Virus record (IMG/VR): IMGVR_UViG_3300008954_003475
Coordinates: 62,001 to 126,000 of that record
DNA length: 64,000 nt
Direction: 5' to 3' (one strand)
Program-made: the position numbers and the translations under genes
The notes under the pieces: model-generated
What the model was told of the DNA's origin: nothing
What the model saw: only the letters and a program-made list of their open reading frames with translations
Databases searched by the model: none
In this document: in pieces, positions 40,171 to 49,482 of the stretch
How the letters are laid out: every line of letters starts with the position of its first letter
Numbering within the stretch: position 1 is the stretch's first letter

Positions 40171-40740
40171 TTATTCTGGTGTTGCTTCAAGTTCTTTAGA
40201 TAATTCTTGATACCTTCTATAGGTTACGCCTGTCGAGTCGTGACCTCCGCGTTCCCAAACTTCATTCATAAGGTGATATCTTCTATAAGTGTGATCCCAG
40301 CCAAAGGCGTGTCCAAGCTCATGCTCTAAAACCCTTTCTTTTGTTGTCTCTTTTTGTTGTAAAAAAATCTCTGCATGTAATATTATATTTAAATCTCTAT
40401 TTATAGTCCTTCTTGTTATTGCAATTTTATCGTAATCAAACCCCTGATCTGGAATTGTTATAATAATTTCACCGAAGAGTGGCCTTCCGGCACAAGACAT
40501 AGACTCATCATTATATATTACTTTTTCAAAAGTATACCCCAACCTCTCCCAATACCCCAAAGCCTTTCTTACCCGACCATCTGAAATTGACAAAACTTTA
40601 CATACCTTTACGACTGGGTTCATTACCCAGTATGAGTTTGTATCAGGATATGACGGAGGGCCGAACATTGCCTCCTCCGGAGTGTAGGATGCAACAAGAA
40701 TCGGCGTTAATAGTAACAATATAAAATATTTCAATTTCAT
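40171..40740 (-). CDS. Matrixin/M10-like metzincin metallopeptidase with signal peptide
   Basis: HELGHAFGWDH (HEXXHXXGXXH) plus Met-turn HLMNE. Hydrophobic N-terminus MKLKYFILLLLTPILVA. Confidence 0.8.
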   Translation of the reverse strand: MKLKYFILLLLTPILVASYTPEEAMFGPPSYPDTNSYWVMNPVVKVCKVLSISDGRVRKALGYWERLGYTFEKVIYNDESMSCAGRPLFGEIIITIPDQGFDYDKIAITRRTINRDLNIILHAEIFLQQKETTKERVLEHELGHAFGWDHTYRRYHLMNEVWERGGHDSTGVTYRRYQELSKELEATPE

Positions 40741-40812
40741 TACTTATTTTATACTCTATTTCATTTGAATATATTCCTCAAAAGTGATAGCTTTAAAATA
40801 TAAGAATATTTT

Positions 40813-40819
40813 TACTAAT
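40813..40819 (+). promoter_or_regulatory. TACTAAT motif upstream of the plus-strand decoration/fibre cassette
   Basis: TTTACTAATATTATTATTTAAA on the + strand, about 53 nt before the ATG at 40872. Orientation follows the gene. Confidence 0.5.
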
Positions 40820-40871
40820 ATTATTATTTAAATTAATACTCATAAGAAGAGTTTATTTAGAGAGGTTCAAA

Positions 40872-41504
40872 ATGGCACTTATACTTTTAAATCCAGGACT
40901 AAGACCATTGGGGCAGTTTGACTTTGCTGACGATGATGCATCCAAAGTAACTGGTGGCGAAATAGCAAAAATTGTAACATATACTTCATCAACTGAGAAG
41001 GCGGCTCCAGATGTAACTGGCAATCAAGACCTGGTACACTTCCAGCTTGATTCATTTTCAGATGGAAGACTTTGCGGATTAGTAGACGAAGGAACTTCCT
41101 CGGAAGAAGATTCTACTCCTGGATATGGAACTTTGATGGGACAAGCAATAGGGGTAACTACCACCATGGTCGCCGGATCAACTATTATGGGCCCATCAAC
41201 TGTTTATAGCTCAGGAAAGGCCACAATCTGGCATCAAGCTGGACTTTATGGAATCACAGAGGAGGCTTTTGTCTCTGGACAGCCAGCTGCAGCTTTTGGG
41301 GCCGGTATTAACACCAGTTTGTTCGGAACAGCAACTGGCGGAGCAACCGCCGGAAAACTAACCACAGTAAGCACAGGCAATGAGGCCGCTTGGTGGCTAA
41401 GCAGAGAATCAGGATCTTCGCTCGTATCAACCACCAACTCCCAGGCCGGGCTTACCGCCGCTACAGAATATCACATAATATATTTCCCCGGACCAACCAA
41501 ATAG
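40872..41504 (+). CDS. Capsid decoration protein paralogue
   Basis: Colinear with the gene upstream of the MCP: MAL.LLNPGLRPLG.FD, GL.DEG, YGTL.G..IG, SGK.T.WHQ.GLYG, SSLVST. Confidence 0.7.
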   Translation: MALILLNPGLRPLGQFDFADDDASKVTGGEIAKIVTYTSSTEKAAPDVTGNQDLVHFQLDSFSDGRLCGLVDEGTSSEEDSTPGYGTLMGQAIGVTTTMVAGSTIMGPSTVYSSGKATIWHQAGLYGITEEAFVSGQPAAAFGAGINTSLFGTATGGATAGKLTTVSTGNEAAWWLSRESGSSLVSTTNSQAGLTAATEYHIIYFPGPTK

Positions 41505-41513
41505 GAATAAACC

Positions 41514-43298
41514 ATGGCTAATGAATCTCAAAACAATTACGCTGCAAAAGCAGCATCCTCAACACCATCTACTGCAGATGGCGCAGCACTTGGATCTGCA
41601 ACTGCCGAATACTCCGATTTATACCTTGCAGACGAAGGCGTTCTCTATTTTGGCAATAATCAAGATGTCTTATTAACACATAATGCAGATACTGGACTTA
41701 CTTTGTCCGGAACAACAAGTGCCATTCTTGTTGCCGGTAGCTTTACAGGAGATCTTACAGGAGATGTGACAGGAGATCTTACAGGAGATGTGACAGGAGA
41801 TGTGACAGGAGATGTGACAGGAGATCTTACAGGAGATGTGACAGGAGATCTTACAGGAGATGTAACGGGCGGAACCATAACTGCCAGCGGAAACTTAACA
41901 GTCGATACCGACACTCTCTTTGTTGATGCATCAGGGGACAAGGTTGGAGTTGGAACGACGAGTCCCGCCTATACTCTTGATGTTCATAACCCTAGTGGTG
42001 CTGGAATGTATACCATAGTTGCATCAGATACTACCTCCATGGCGGAGGGCGTGGGCGGAGGTATTACTTTCCGAGGCGTTTACAATGCCGGGACTTCGTT
42101 AACAGAGTTTGCGAGCATCCGAGCTGCTAAATCAAATGGAACAGCTGTAAATTATGATGCTGACTTAGTTTTCCTTACTAGAGCCGATGGATCAGGAGAG
42201 TCGACTGAGCATATGCGTATTGACTCCTCTGGCAAGGTTGGAATTGGAACGGCGAGTCCCGACTATACACTGGAGGTCAAAAATCCGACTGGCTATGGGA
42301 TGTATACCATAGTTGCAACAGATTCTACCTCCCAGGCTGCGGGCGTGGGCGGAGGCATTACTTTCCGAGGCGTTTACAATGCCGGGACTGGGGTAACAGA
42401 GTTTGCGAGCATCCGAGCCGCTAAATCAAATGGATCAGTCGGAAACTATGATTCTGACTTAGTCTTCCTCACTAGAGCGAATGGATCAGGAGACTCAACT
42501 GAGCATATGCGCATTGATTCTGCAGGAAATGTAGGCATCGGAACAGACTCTCCATCAACAACTTTGGATGTAAGCGGAGACCTAACAGTCTCGGGAACTA
42601 TAACAAATACGGAAATCGCAACGAATACTACTCACAGTGGTGGAGATGGTTCTGATCATGCAGATGTGGCAACGAATACCGCAGGTATCGCTACCAACGT
42701 AACTGCTATTGGGCTCAACACCACTCACAGAGGAAGCAGTGGCTCTGAGCATGCGGATGTGGCAACGAATACTACTCACAGTGGTGGAGATGGTTCTGAT
42801 CATGCAGATGTGGCAACGAATACTACTCACAGCGGTGGAGATGGTTCTGATCATGCAGATGTGGCAACGAATACTGCACACCTCAGTAGCACCGGCGCGG
42901 ATCACAGCTACATCGATCAAGATGTAACCTCTACCGCTACCCCCTCCTTTGCCGGCCTGACTGTCGCGGGAGCAGCAGCGTTCTCTGGTCCGAGCGAAAC
43001 ATTTGTTACATTTACAGATTCAGACGCTACACCCTCTGTAACTGCTGGCAATTTGTTCAAAACCAACACATCAGGTGTTACGATTACAACATTCGATGAT
43101 GGAACTGCCGGACAGACGGTAGTCGTCATCTCTGCTGGAGCCATAGTTTACGATGCTGCCTCTGCCACTTTAAACTGCGGAACCTCAAATATAACAACTG
43201 CCTCTGGCGATGTCACAACATGGGTTTTCGATGGAACTATTTGGTACTTATTGTCTTGGATGGACAATGATGCAGACCTGTCTTCTGGCGGATTCTAA
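41514..43298 (+). CDS. Fibre/adhesin-like virion protein with several internal repeat types
   Basis: YSDLYLADEGVLYFGNNQDVLLTHNADTGLTL module, (GD[LV]T)x10, duplicated 98-aa VG[IV]GT domain, His-containing 17-aa repeats, C-terminal DATPSV...TITTFDDG..GQ module. Confidence 0.7.
   Translation: MANESQNNYAAKAASSTPSTADGAALGSATAEYSDLYLADEGVLYFGNNQDVLLTHNADTGLTLSGTTSAILVAGSFTGDLTGDVTGDLTGDVTGDVTGDVTGDLTGDVTGDLTGDVTGGTITASGNLTVDTDTLFVDASGDKVGVGTTSPAYTLDVHNPSGAGMYTIVASDTTSMAEGVGGGITFRGVYNAGTSLTEFASIRAAKSNGTAVNYDADLVFLTRADGSGESTEHMRIDSSGKVGIGTASPDYTLEVKNPTGYGMYTIVATDSTSQAAGVGGGITFRGVYNAGTGVTEFASIRAAKSNGSVGNYDSDLVFLTRANGSGDSTEHMRIDSAGNVGIGTDSPSTTLDVSGDLTVSGTITNTEIATNTTHSGGDGSDHADVATNTAGIATNVTAIGLNTTHRGSSGSEHADVATNTTHSGGDGSDHADVATNTTHSGGDGSDHADVATNTAHLSSTGADHSYIDQDVTSTATPSFAGLTVAGAAAFSGPSETFVTFTDSDATPSVTAGNLFKTNTSGVTITTFDDGTAGQTVVVISAGAIVYDAASATLNCGTSNITTASGDVTTWVFDGTIWYLLSWMDNDADLSSGGF
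41748..41867 (+). repeat. 12-nt tandem repeat x10 encoding GD(L/V)T
   Basis: Units GGAGATCTTACA and GGAGATGTGACA, read directly. Confidence 0.95.
41940..42527 (+). repeat. 294-nt tandem domain duplication (2 x 98 aa)
   Basis: AAGGTTGGA(G/A)TTGGAACG at 41940 and 42234. Copies share ITFRGVYNAGT, TEFASIRAAKSNG and STEHMRIDS. Confidence 0.9.
42618..42863 (+). repeat. 51-nt repeats encoding ATNTTHSGGDGSDHADV (three near-perfect copies, one degenerate)
   Basis: Copies start at 42618, 42762 and 42813, with a degenerate NTTHRGSSGSEHADV in between. Confidence 0.9.
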
Positions 43299-43349
43299 AC
43301 ACCATACAAAACACCATATAGCGCCGGCACCAAGGCCAAGATCGCTATC

Positions 43350-44258
43350 TTATATGATTCTACGGCTTCTAAGGTGACGTAAGCGCACGAACGCTGGCGC
43401 TCCAGAGCTTAGGTTTGTAAAGGTTCCAAAAGACGCTGGGTTTGGGCGAATGCTGTTTTTTATAAACTTTAACCTTTCACGATATGATGTTAAAAAGTTT
43501 TGATAATGTGATGCAAGAAAGTCTCCAAGCGCTGGAGGCTGATAAGAAATGCCTCCGTCGCTAATTGTGAAGTCTCTTCCTTTTTCAACCATTGATTGAG
43601 ATGCTAATGCCAAAATATATGCACCCTCTGTAACTGCATGGCTAAATGTTTTATATATAATCTCATCTGCAAATGTATATGATGTAAAAAATGGAACCAT
43701 ATTAAATTCAGATAATGCTGAACATAGAAAGCATGCTAAAAGCTCATCACTGAAAACATTGCACTCTTCTGTTACCAACTCTCCATATCCATCTGTAACA
43801 AAGGCTCCATACTCATCTCTCTTTGGCTTTTCTCCATCGGATCTAAGCCTTGCCTTTAACAGCTTCAGCAAGATGTTTAAACCTGTAAGCTCTGATGTTG
43901 AAAAGTCAAAATTTACATCATCACCAAGTGATGCTGCTCCAGCAACTGCAGACGCTTCATCTGTAGTTAAAAATTTAAACTCGTTAGATAGAGAAACACC
44001 GCCTATTGCCGCAGACCAAGTGTCGGTCCACAGACCTTTATCTGCAGAATCACTAACACTATATGTATATACATACAGCCCTGTATCGGTCCTTGAAACT
44101 CCGTCAGATGTTGCTGCTACGATAACACCTCCATCTGGATCTGTAATTTTTATTTCAGGAGTTGAATCTGCATTCATAGCCAGACCATCTGGCCCAAAAT
44201 ACTGAATGCTAAGCTCTACGTCCTCACCTCTAATCGCTTTATTTCTATTGTTTGCCAT
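43350..44258 (-). CDS. Head-tail adaptor/neck protein with N-terminal Ig-like domain
   Basis: N-terminal GVSRTDTGLYVYTYSV..W.D.W Ig-like domain. C-terminal FSDELLACFL..ALSEFN..P...ISDGGISY adaptor-like helical domain. Confidence 0.65.
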   Translation of the reverse strand: MANNRNKAIRGEDVELSIQYFGPDGLAMNADSTPEIKITDPDGGVIVAATSDGVSRTDTGLYVYTYSVSDSADKGLWTDTWSAAIGGVSLSNEFKFLTTDEASAVAGAASLGDDVNFDFSTSELTGLNILLKLLKARLRSDGEKPKRDEYGAFVTDGYGELVTEECNVFSDELLACFLCSALSEFNMVPFFTSYTFADEIIYKTFSHAVTEGAYILALASQSMVEKGRDFTISDGGISYQPPALGDFLASHYQNFLTSYRERLKFIKNSIRPNPASFGTFTNLSSGAPAFVRLRHLRSRRII

Positions 44259-44581
44259 TATCTAGACTCTGCTCTTGGAATTGCTGTTGACGCAGCTTTA
44301 ACTGTAAAATTCTCAAGAGTTGTATACTCCTGCGCATCCACTGTATAGGTGATAATTACCACATAGTCTCCAACTGTTGCAGGTGTGTAATCATAATAAT
44401 ATGTTCCATAATCGCTGTCAATTTCGCTCATTGCCGCAGGAAGGCCAGTCTCAGCAATTCCATCTGGCTTTATTATCGAAGTTATTGTAGGCGAAATATC
44501 GCTTGTTTCGGCAATTCCTCCTTCGGTAACCTGAAGAGGCACTCTTACCGATGATCCTATGCTGTAACTTCCTAATGCCAT
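44258..44581 (-). CDS. Small Ig-like structural protein
   Basis: YGTYYYDYTPATVGDYVVIITY beta-sandwich pattern resembling the N-terminal domain of the adjacent adaptor. Confidence 0.55.
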   Translation of the reverse strand: MALGSYSIGSSVRVPLQVTEGGIAETSDISPTITSIIKPDGIAETGLPAAMSEIDSDYGTYYYDYTPATVGDYVVIITYTVDAQEYTTLENFTVKAASTAIPRAESR

Positions 44582-44584
44582 TTG

Positions 44585-45022
44585 TTACGACTCCTCTACA
44601 TAAACTGCATATAGTGACGATCCTAAACCAATAGCTTCCTCGTAAGTGTTTATAATAGTAATTACATTGCTTGCTACAGAAATTTCATCATTTATCAAAA
44701 CACCATTTAAATATACCGTTAGAGTATTGCTCTTTGGGATTCCAGACAACGTGTATGGGCCAGCGCTGCCAACTACCAACTGAGAGGATAAATCCTCTAC
44801 CGTAAGAATTGATGTAGTTGTAACTGTCTGAAGAATCGTCGTCTCTAAAACATCTGAGTCCAAAACCCTATTCGTAATAGACTTATTATCATCATCCTCT
44901 ACAAACTCTACAAATTTAACTAAATTTCCAGATAAGTCTTTTTTTAAAGAAGTTCTTTTAGTTACAGTAACGCCATCAACCTCTACTTCTACTGCTGGCC
45001 TCTGGTATGTAGTTGAACCCAT
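44585..45022 (-). CDS. Hypothetical structural protein
   Basis: GGAG SD. C-terminal YTLSGIPKSNTLTVYLNGVLI is a common phage structural beta module. Confidence 0.55.
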   Translation of the reverse strand: MGSTTYQRPAVEVEVDGVTVTKRTSLKKDLSGNLVKFVEFVEDDDNKSITNRVLDSDVLETTILQTVTTTSILTVEDLSSQLVVGSAGPYTLSGIPKSNTLTVYLNGVLINDEISVASNVITIINTYEEAIGLGSSLYAVYVEES

Positions 45023-45048
45023 TCTAGATCTCCAAAATAGTTAATTTA

Positions 45049-45055
45049 ATTAGTA
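45049..45055 (-). promoter_or_regulatory. TACTAAT motif immediately after a terminator
   Basis: ATACTAATTAAATTAA begins a few nt after the terminator U-tract, 27 nt before the ATG at 45022. Confidence 0.5.
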
Positions 45056-45058
45056 TAT

Positions 45059-45086
45059 AAAATGCTGGGGGCCGAAGCCCCCAGCA
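45059..45086 (-). terminator. Rho-independent terminator with C(UUCG)G tetraloop
   Basis: Minus strand TGCTGGGGGC-TTCG-GCCCCCAGCA-TTTT. Confidence 0.9.
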
Positions 45087-45138
45087 AGAACAGTTAATTC
45101 ATAATTTTATTTGTTACAATATTTAATCAGTCTTCAGT

Positions 45139-46758
45139 TTAGTCTACGATGCAGAACTGGACCAACCAATCATCGCCATCGAAATCACTGGCGGCCGTTT
45201 CAAAGAGTTCTATATTTATGTGATCGCCTGAAGCTACTAGTCTCCATTCAGAATCGGCAGCAGGTGCCTCACCTCCACTATAAATTCCGTCATATAGCAC
45301 TCCGTTTCTGAATAACATTAAATCACCATCGAACTTATGACCACCAGGAAGCAAATCCTTGCTTGCTTTAACCTGGGCAGTTCGAACATTGCTGGATGGA
45401 GCTCCAAGCGCACCAGCACCTGTAGCAGGAACCCTGGCATTGGTCTTCTTGAAGTCAAGCTGCAGAGTAGCTACAGCGGCAGAGCCATTGAAAGAGAAAG
45501 CCTTAACTCCTCCGTTGTTCGCCGGGCTGAGCGCGAGAAGGTTGGAGCCCAAGCGCACACCCGAAATTTCCTGAAATTCAAGTTTGTCAATATCAATAGC
45601 GGCGTCGGCGGCAATATGAGCATCTGAAAGCGCAGAATACACAGGAAGTGACCCATTCGACACAAGAACAGTATTGTTCCCTCCAAGCGCAAGATGCGCA
45701 GGGTCGTCCCCCGCATCGCCGTAAATCAGATTTCCAGCTGGAATATCAGCAAGATTGGACAAGGCGACCTGATCAGCCCCAATATGATCACCGGTGACTC
45801 CACCTGCGGTGATTTTAAGCGCATCTTCTGCAATTGAAAGACCACCAGTTGCTCCAGCTGTAAGGTTTATATCAACGGTTCCAGCGTTAGCAACAAGGCC
45901 GCTTCCGAAAGCATAATCAGTAGGCATAGAAACCTGGACCCAGGAGGCATCAGATTTGCGAGTATAAAGGATTCTAGAGCTTATATCTAAAACTGTAGAA
46001 CCTGTTTCAATAGTATCCGCCACCCAAGCGCCACCGACTCGCTCCTGAACCGTGTTGGCGAGACCGTCAAAGGCACCGCCTCCAGTTGGAGAGGCAGAAA
46101 CAAGAAATCTATCTCCATTGTTGGAAGAGGTCGGAGCGTTGACCCTTCCCAATACAGGCTCTTCATAAGAAAGACCCTTAATGAGGTCGTCTACATACTT
46201 TTTGCGAGCAGCATCATTGTCGCCAGCAGGTGCTGGGAGGCCACCGAGCTGCTGACTGTTCATATTCACAACTGCATTTGGTGCAGTCATCTGGTCTAAC
46301 CTATGAGCTTGAACGCCAGCACTGAAGTTATTCACCTGAGAGTGAGTAATATCAATATCTCTGTGACTAGCAGCAGTTAAACGACCCTGAGCATCAACCG
46401 TGAATGTTGGGATCTGATGATCGTTGGCCTCGACGCCGTAGTCCCCAGCTGTAACAGCGGTGTTTGCAAGTTTGTCAGCTGTAACAGCATCATCAACAAT
46501 CATATTTGTTGCAACCTGAACTTCAGAGACGGTGCCGCCGGCGACCGAGCCCAATAGTCTGTTCGCGACAGCAACATCCTGCATCTTAGCATATGTTACA
46601 TTGTCATCCAGAATTTTGGAAGTTTCAACTGCATTGGCAGCAAGGTGACTTGCGGCAATGGAAGTCCCTTTAACGCGAAGCGAATCGCCGGTGTCTTCGA
46701 TGGTGATTTCGTCACCCATGCCGGTCATATCTATTTGTTTTCCTTTAATTTTAGCCAT
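45139..46758 (-). CDS. Fibre-like virion protein (539 aa) with a DUF2793-like segment
   Basis: VTADKLA and TVDAQGRLTAAS fibre motifs, DAARKKYVD, GDRFLVSASPTG..AFDG....VQERVGGAW. GC-rich, highly biased codons like the capsid genes. Confidence 0.6.
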   Translation of the reverse strand: MAKIKGKQIDMTGMGDEITIEDTGDSLRVKGTSIAASHLAANAVETSKILDDNVTYAKMQDVAVANRLLGSVAGGTVSEVQVATNMIVDDAVTADKLANTAVTAGDYGVEANDHQIPTFTVDAQGRLTAASHRDIDITHSQVNNFSAGVQAHRLDQMTAPNAVVNMNSQQLGGLPAPAGDNDAARKKYVDDLIKGLSYEEPVLGRVNAPTSSNNGDRFLVSASPTGGGAFDGLANTVQERVGGAWVADTIETGSTVLDISSRILYTRKSDASWVQVSMPTDYAFGSGLVANAGTVDINLTAGATGGLSIAEDALKITAGGVTGDHIGADQVALSNLADIPAGNLIYGDAGDDPAHLALGGNNTVLVSNGSLPVYSALSDAHIAADAAIDIDKLEFQEISGVRLGSNLLALSPANNGGVKAFSFNGSAAVATLQLDFKKTNARVPATGAGALGAPSSNVRTAQVKASKDLLPGGHKFDGDLMLFRNGVLYDGIYSGGEAPAADSEWRLVASGDHINIELFETAASDFDGDDWLVQFCIVD

Positions 46759-46894
46759 TTTAATTTTCTCCTTTTAAATGGTTGTTAGCAGCCTTCTTTG
46801 TTTAGGAAGGCATAAAAACTTAACATAAGGTATAAGAAATAAAACAAAAGAAACTTGCCTATTGGCAAACTAAAGATAGATTCAGCAAAGTGTG

Positions 46895-47261
46895 TTATTT
46901 ATTTTTTTTAACAATTTTATTTTTTATCTTAATAATCAATTTAATAAAAAAATTAATTATTTTTTGAGAAAAAGAAATTGGATACAGATTCTTTTCACCC
47001 CTCTTTATAACAAAGTCGTCTATATTGCTTAAATTTAAGACTATTTCCTTTGCCTCTGGAACCCAAACCTTCTTGCCTCCTTTGCCAGGCAGCCAGGTTC
47101 TGCCTTCCAATAGGACTACGCGTAATTCAGCAGATGAGACTTCACAGCTTGAAACCAATCTAATTGTTTTATTTTTCTCTAAAAGAATATCTCCAGGTAT
47201 TGGGATTGGGAGTATCTCATTCTCTATTATTATATAATATTTATCTTTATAATTAAAAACT

Positions 47262-47287
<26 letters not shown>
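46895..47287 (-). CDS. Hypothetical protein (probable start ATG 47269)
   Basis: ORF. ATG at 47269 overlaps the upstream stop (ATGGATAA). Confidence 0.55.
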
Positions 47288-47692
<405 letters not shown>

Positions 47693-47693
<1 letters not shown>

Positions 47694-48289
47694 TATATAG
47701 CCCTGTTTTTTATAAATTCATTTACAACAAACTCTTTATCTTTAGTAGTTGCCCAATGCCAAATATAAGTTTTTTTCATTGTATCTATCTTTTCCTCAAA
47801 GCTTTTGCATTCATTTTTTATTTGGTTTTTATGTTCTTTTTTTAACTCCGGAATATCTAAATATAAGGAGTTAGCACAAACTAAAAGACTAAATAAATTT
47901 TCATTTTTTATAGAATCTACACATTTCTGATAAACCTTAATTAACTTGCTGCTTTCAGCTTTAGTTAAATATTTAGCGTGCTTATCGGGATGAGTGATTT
48001 TTACAATCCGTTTATATAAAGACTTTATGTCTTCATCATCTAAAAGTCTACAATCTAATAGAGCTGCATCTTCAGTCTTTTGAGCATCTTCAGACGACAG
48101 CTCTTTTATCGCCTTTTTGTTCAAAACTTCATTTGTAACTAAAGAATAATTTTCTCCAGAATGCTTTTCAACTTCTTTAAAAAATGGCTCATAATTATCT
48201 AAAAAAAATTCTTCAACTTCCTCATATTCTTTTTCCAAATATATTGCTTTTAAAAAAATACTTTGATCACTATTCTGCATAGTATGCAC
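47693..48289 (-). CDS. J-domain (DnaJ-like) co-chaperone; probable start ATG 48280
   Basis: IKSLYKRIVKITHPDKH contains helix II and the HPD motif. GAGG SD upstream of ATG 48280. Confidence 0.75.
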
Positions 48290-48305
48290 CCCTCAGGAAG
48301 ATCCT

Positions 48306-48529
48306 TCAATATTTAGAGAAAGTATTAACAGATGCTAAAATTCTTACAATTAAGCGCGTATTTTCAGCGTTATCTAGCTCTGGAGAAATATTTAAATTTT
48401 GCAATTTATTTACTTCTTTGAAAAAGTCTACACAATAATTGTCAAACTTTTCCTTTACTTCTTTACTTCTTTAAATTCTTCCGAAAGATATTTTGCTTTA
48501 AAGAATATACTTTTTTTAGTTGCTTGCAT
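48306..48529 (-). pseudogene. Frameshifted paralogue of the J-domain protein N-terminus
   Basis: MQATKKSIFFKAKYLSEEFKEVKK* as read. Removing one copy of the tandem 8-mer at 48457-48472 restores a 71-aa ORF with 17/31 ungapped identities to the next gene's N-terminus. Confidence 0.7.
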
Positions 48530-48687
48530 ATTGATAACCAAGGAATATTTATGTTTGTGTTAAAATTTTAACGATTATTTTAACCTAACACACTTGGTCA
48601 CATACAGAACTGTAGCTTTAGCTATATACTTATCTTATAATATTAATATGTAAAGAGAATAACCACTATACTGTGTAAGGATTAAGC

Positions 48688-49482
48688 ATGTCAGCAGGAA
48701 TAAAAGGATCACAAATACGAGATGAAACAGTAACCGCTGCAGATCCAGGCCCAAATTCTGTTGGAAACAGTGAGCTAGCTAGCACAGCAATCTCTAGCCA
48801 AACAGAAAAGAATCCAGCTGTAAACGGTGATTCTGTTTTAATCAGCGACTCTGCTGACTCCGGAGCCTTGAAGAGGGTTCAGATTGGAAACCTCGGAATT
48901 GGCGGAGGTGGTGGCGACTCAAATATGATTGAAGATGCCGATCATGATACGAAAATACAAGTAGAAGAATCTGCAGATGAAGATAAAATAAGATTTGATA
49001 CTGCTGGTGCTGAAAGAGTAATTATTGATAATGCTGGCAATGTCGGTATTAATATATCAACACCTAAAACCATACTTGATACTCACCACAACCCTACTGG
49101 GTTGTCTAATGATACCGGTGGGGGAGAAGTAGTTACTTTCGGCACTGGCAACCTAACTGCTGGGAAAATTTATTTTCTTAACAGCAGTGGAGCTTGGACT
49201 GAAACAGACGCCGATGCTATCCCAACAAGTGATGGTCTATTAGCCATTGCATTAGGCTCAGCACCATCAAATGGAATGCTTTTACGCGGCTTCTTTGATG
49301 CAACTACTTATCTTTCAAATTTTATTTCAGGTCTTCCTGTTTATCTTTCTGCAACAGCGGCAACTATGGATACAACACAACCTTCAGGTACCGGGAAAAT
49401 AGTCCGATGTATAGGCTATTGTACAAACACGGCCAATGTCATTTACTTTAATCCAAGCTCTACTACAGTAGAGTTATCATAA
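48688..49482 (+). CDS. Virion fibre/decoration-like protein (264 aa)
   Basis: GDSNMIEDADHDTKIQVEESADEDKIRFDTAGAER..I...GNVGI module. C-terminal GKIYFL...W..TDAD...GLLAIAL...PVYLS...PSGTG.IVR.IGY capsid-cement-like module. Confidence 0.6.
   Translation: MSAGIKGSQIRDETVTAADPGPNSVGNSELASTAISSQTEKNPAVNGDSVLISDSADSGALKRVQIGNLGIGGGGGDSNMIEDADHDTKIQVEESADEDKIRFDTAGAERVIIDNAGNVGINISTPKTILDTHHNPTGLSNDTGGGEVVTFGTGNLTAGKIYFLNSSGAWTETDADAIPTSDGLLAIALGSAPSNGMLLRGFFDATTYLSNFISGLPVYLSATAATMDTTQPSGTGKIVRCIGYCTNTANVIYFNPSSTTVELS

Noticed and set aside
41748-42863. Possible CRISPR array or DGR template/variable repeats
   Set aside because: The repeats are in-frame coding tandem units without unique spacers. 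The 294-nt copies differ at all four bases rather than only at adenines, and no reverse transcriptase or cas gene is present.
40740-43350. Invertible segment explaining the plus-strand cassette
   Set aside because: No flanking inverted repeats or recombinase gene were seen, and the same holds for 48.7-50.6 kb.
46760-46895. tRNA or structured ncRNA in the larger intergenic gaps (also 48530-48690 and 8800-8900)
   Set aside because: Only short hairpins (GCCTTC/GAAGGC, TTGCC/GGCAA) are present. No cloverleaf, T-loop or CCA pattern.
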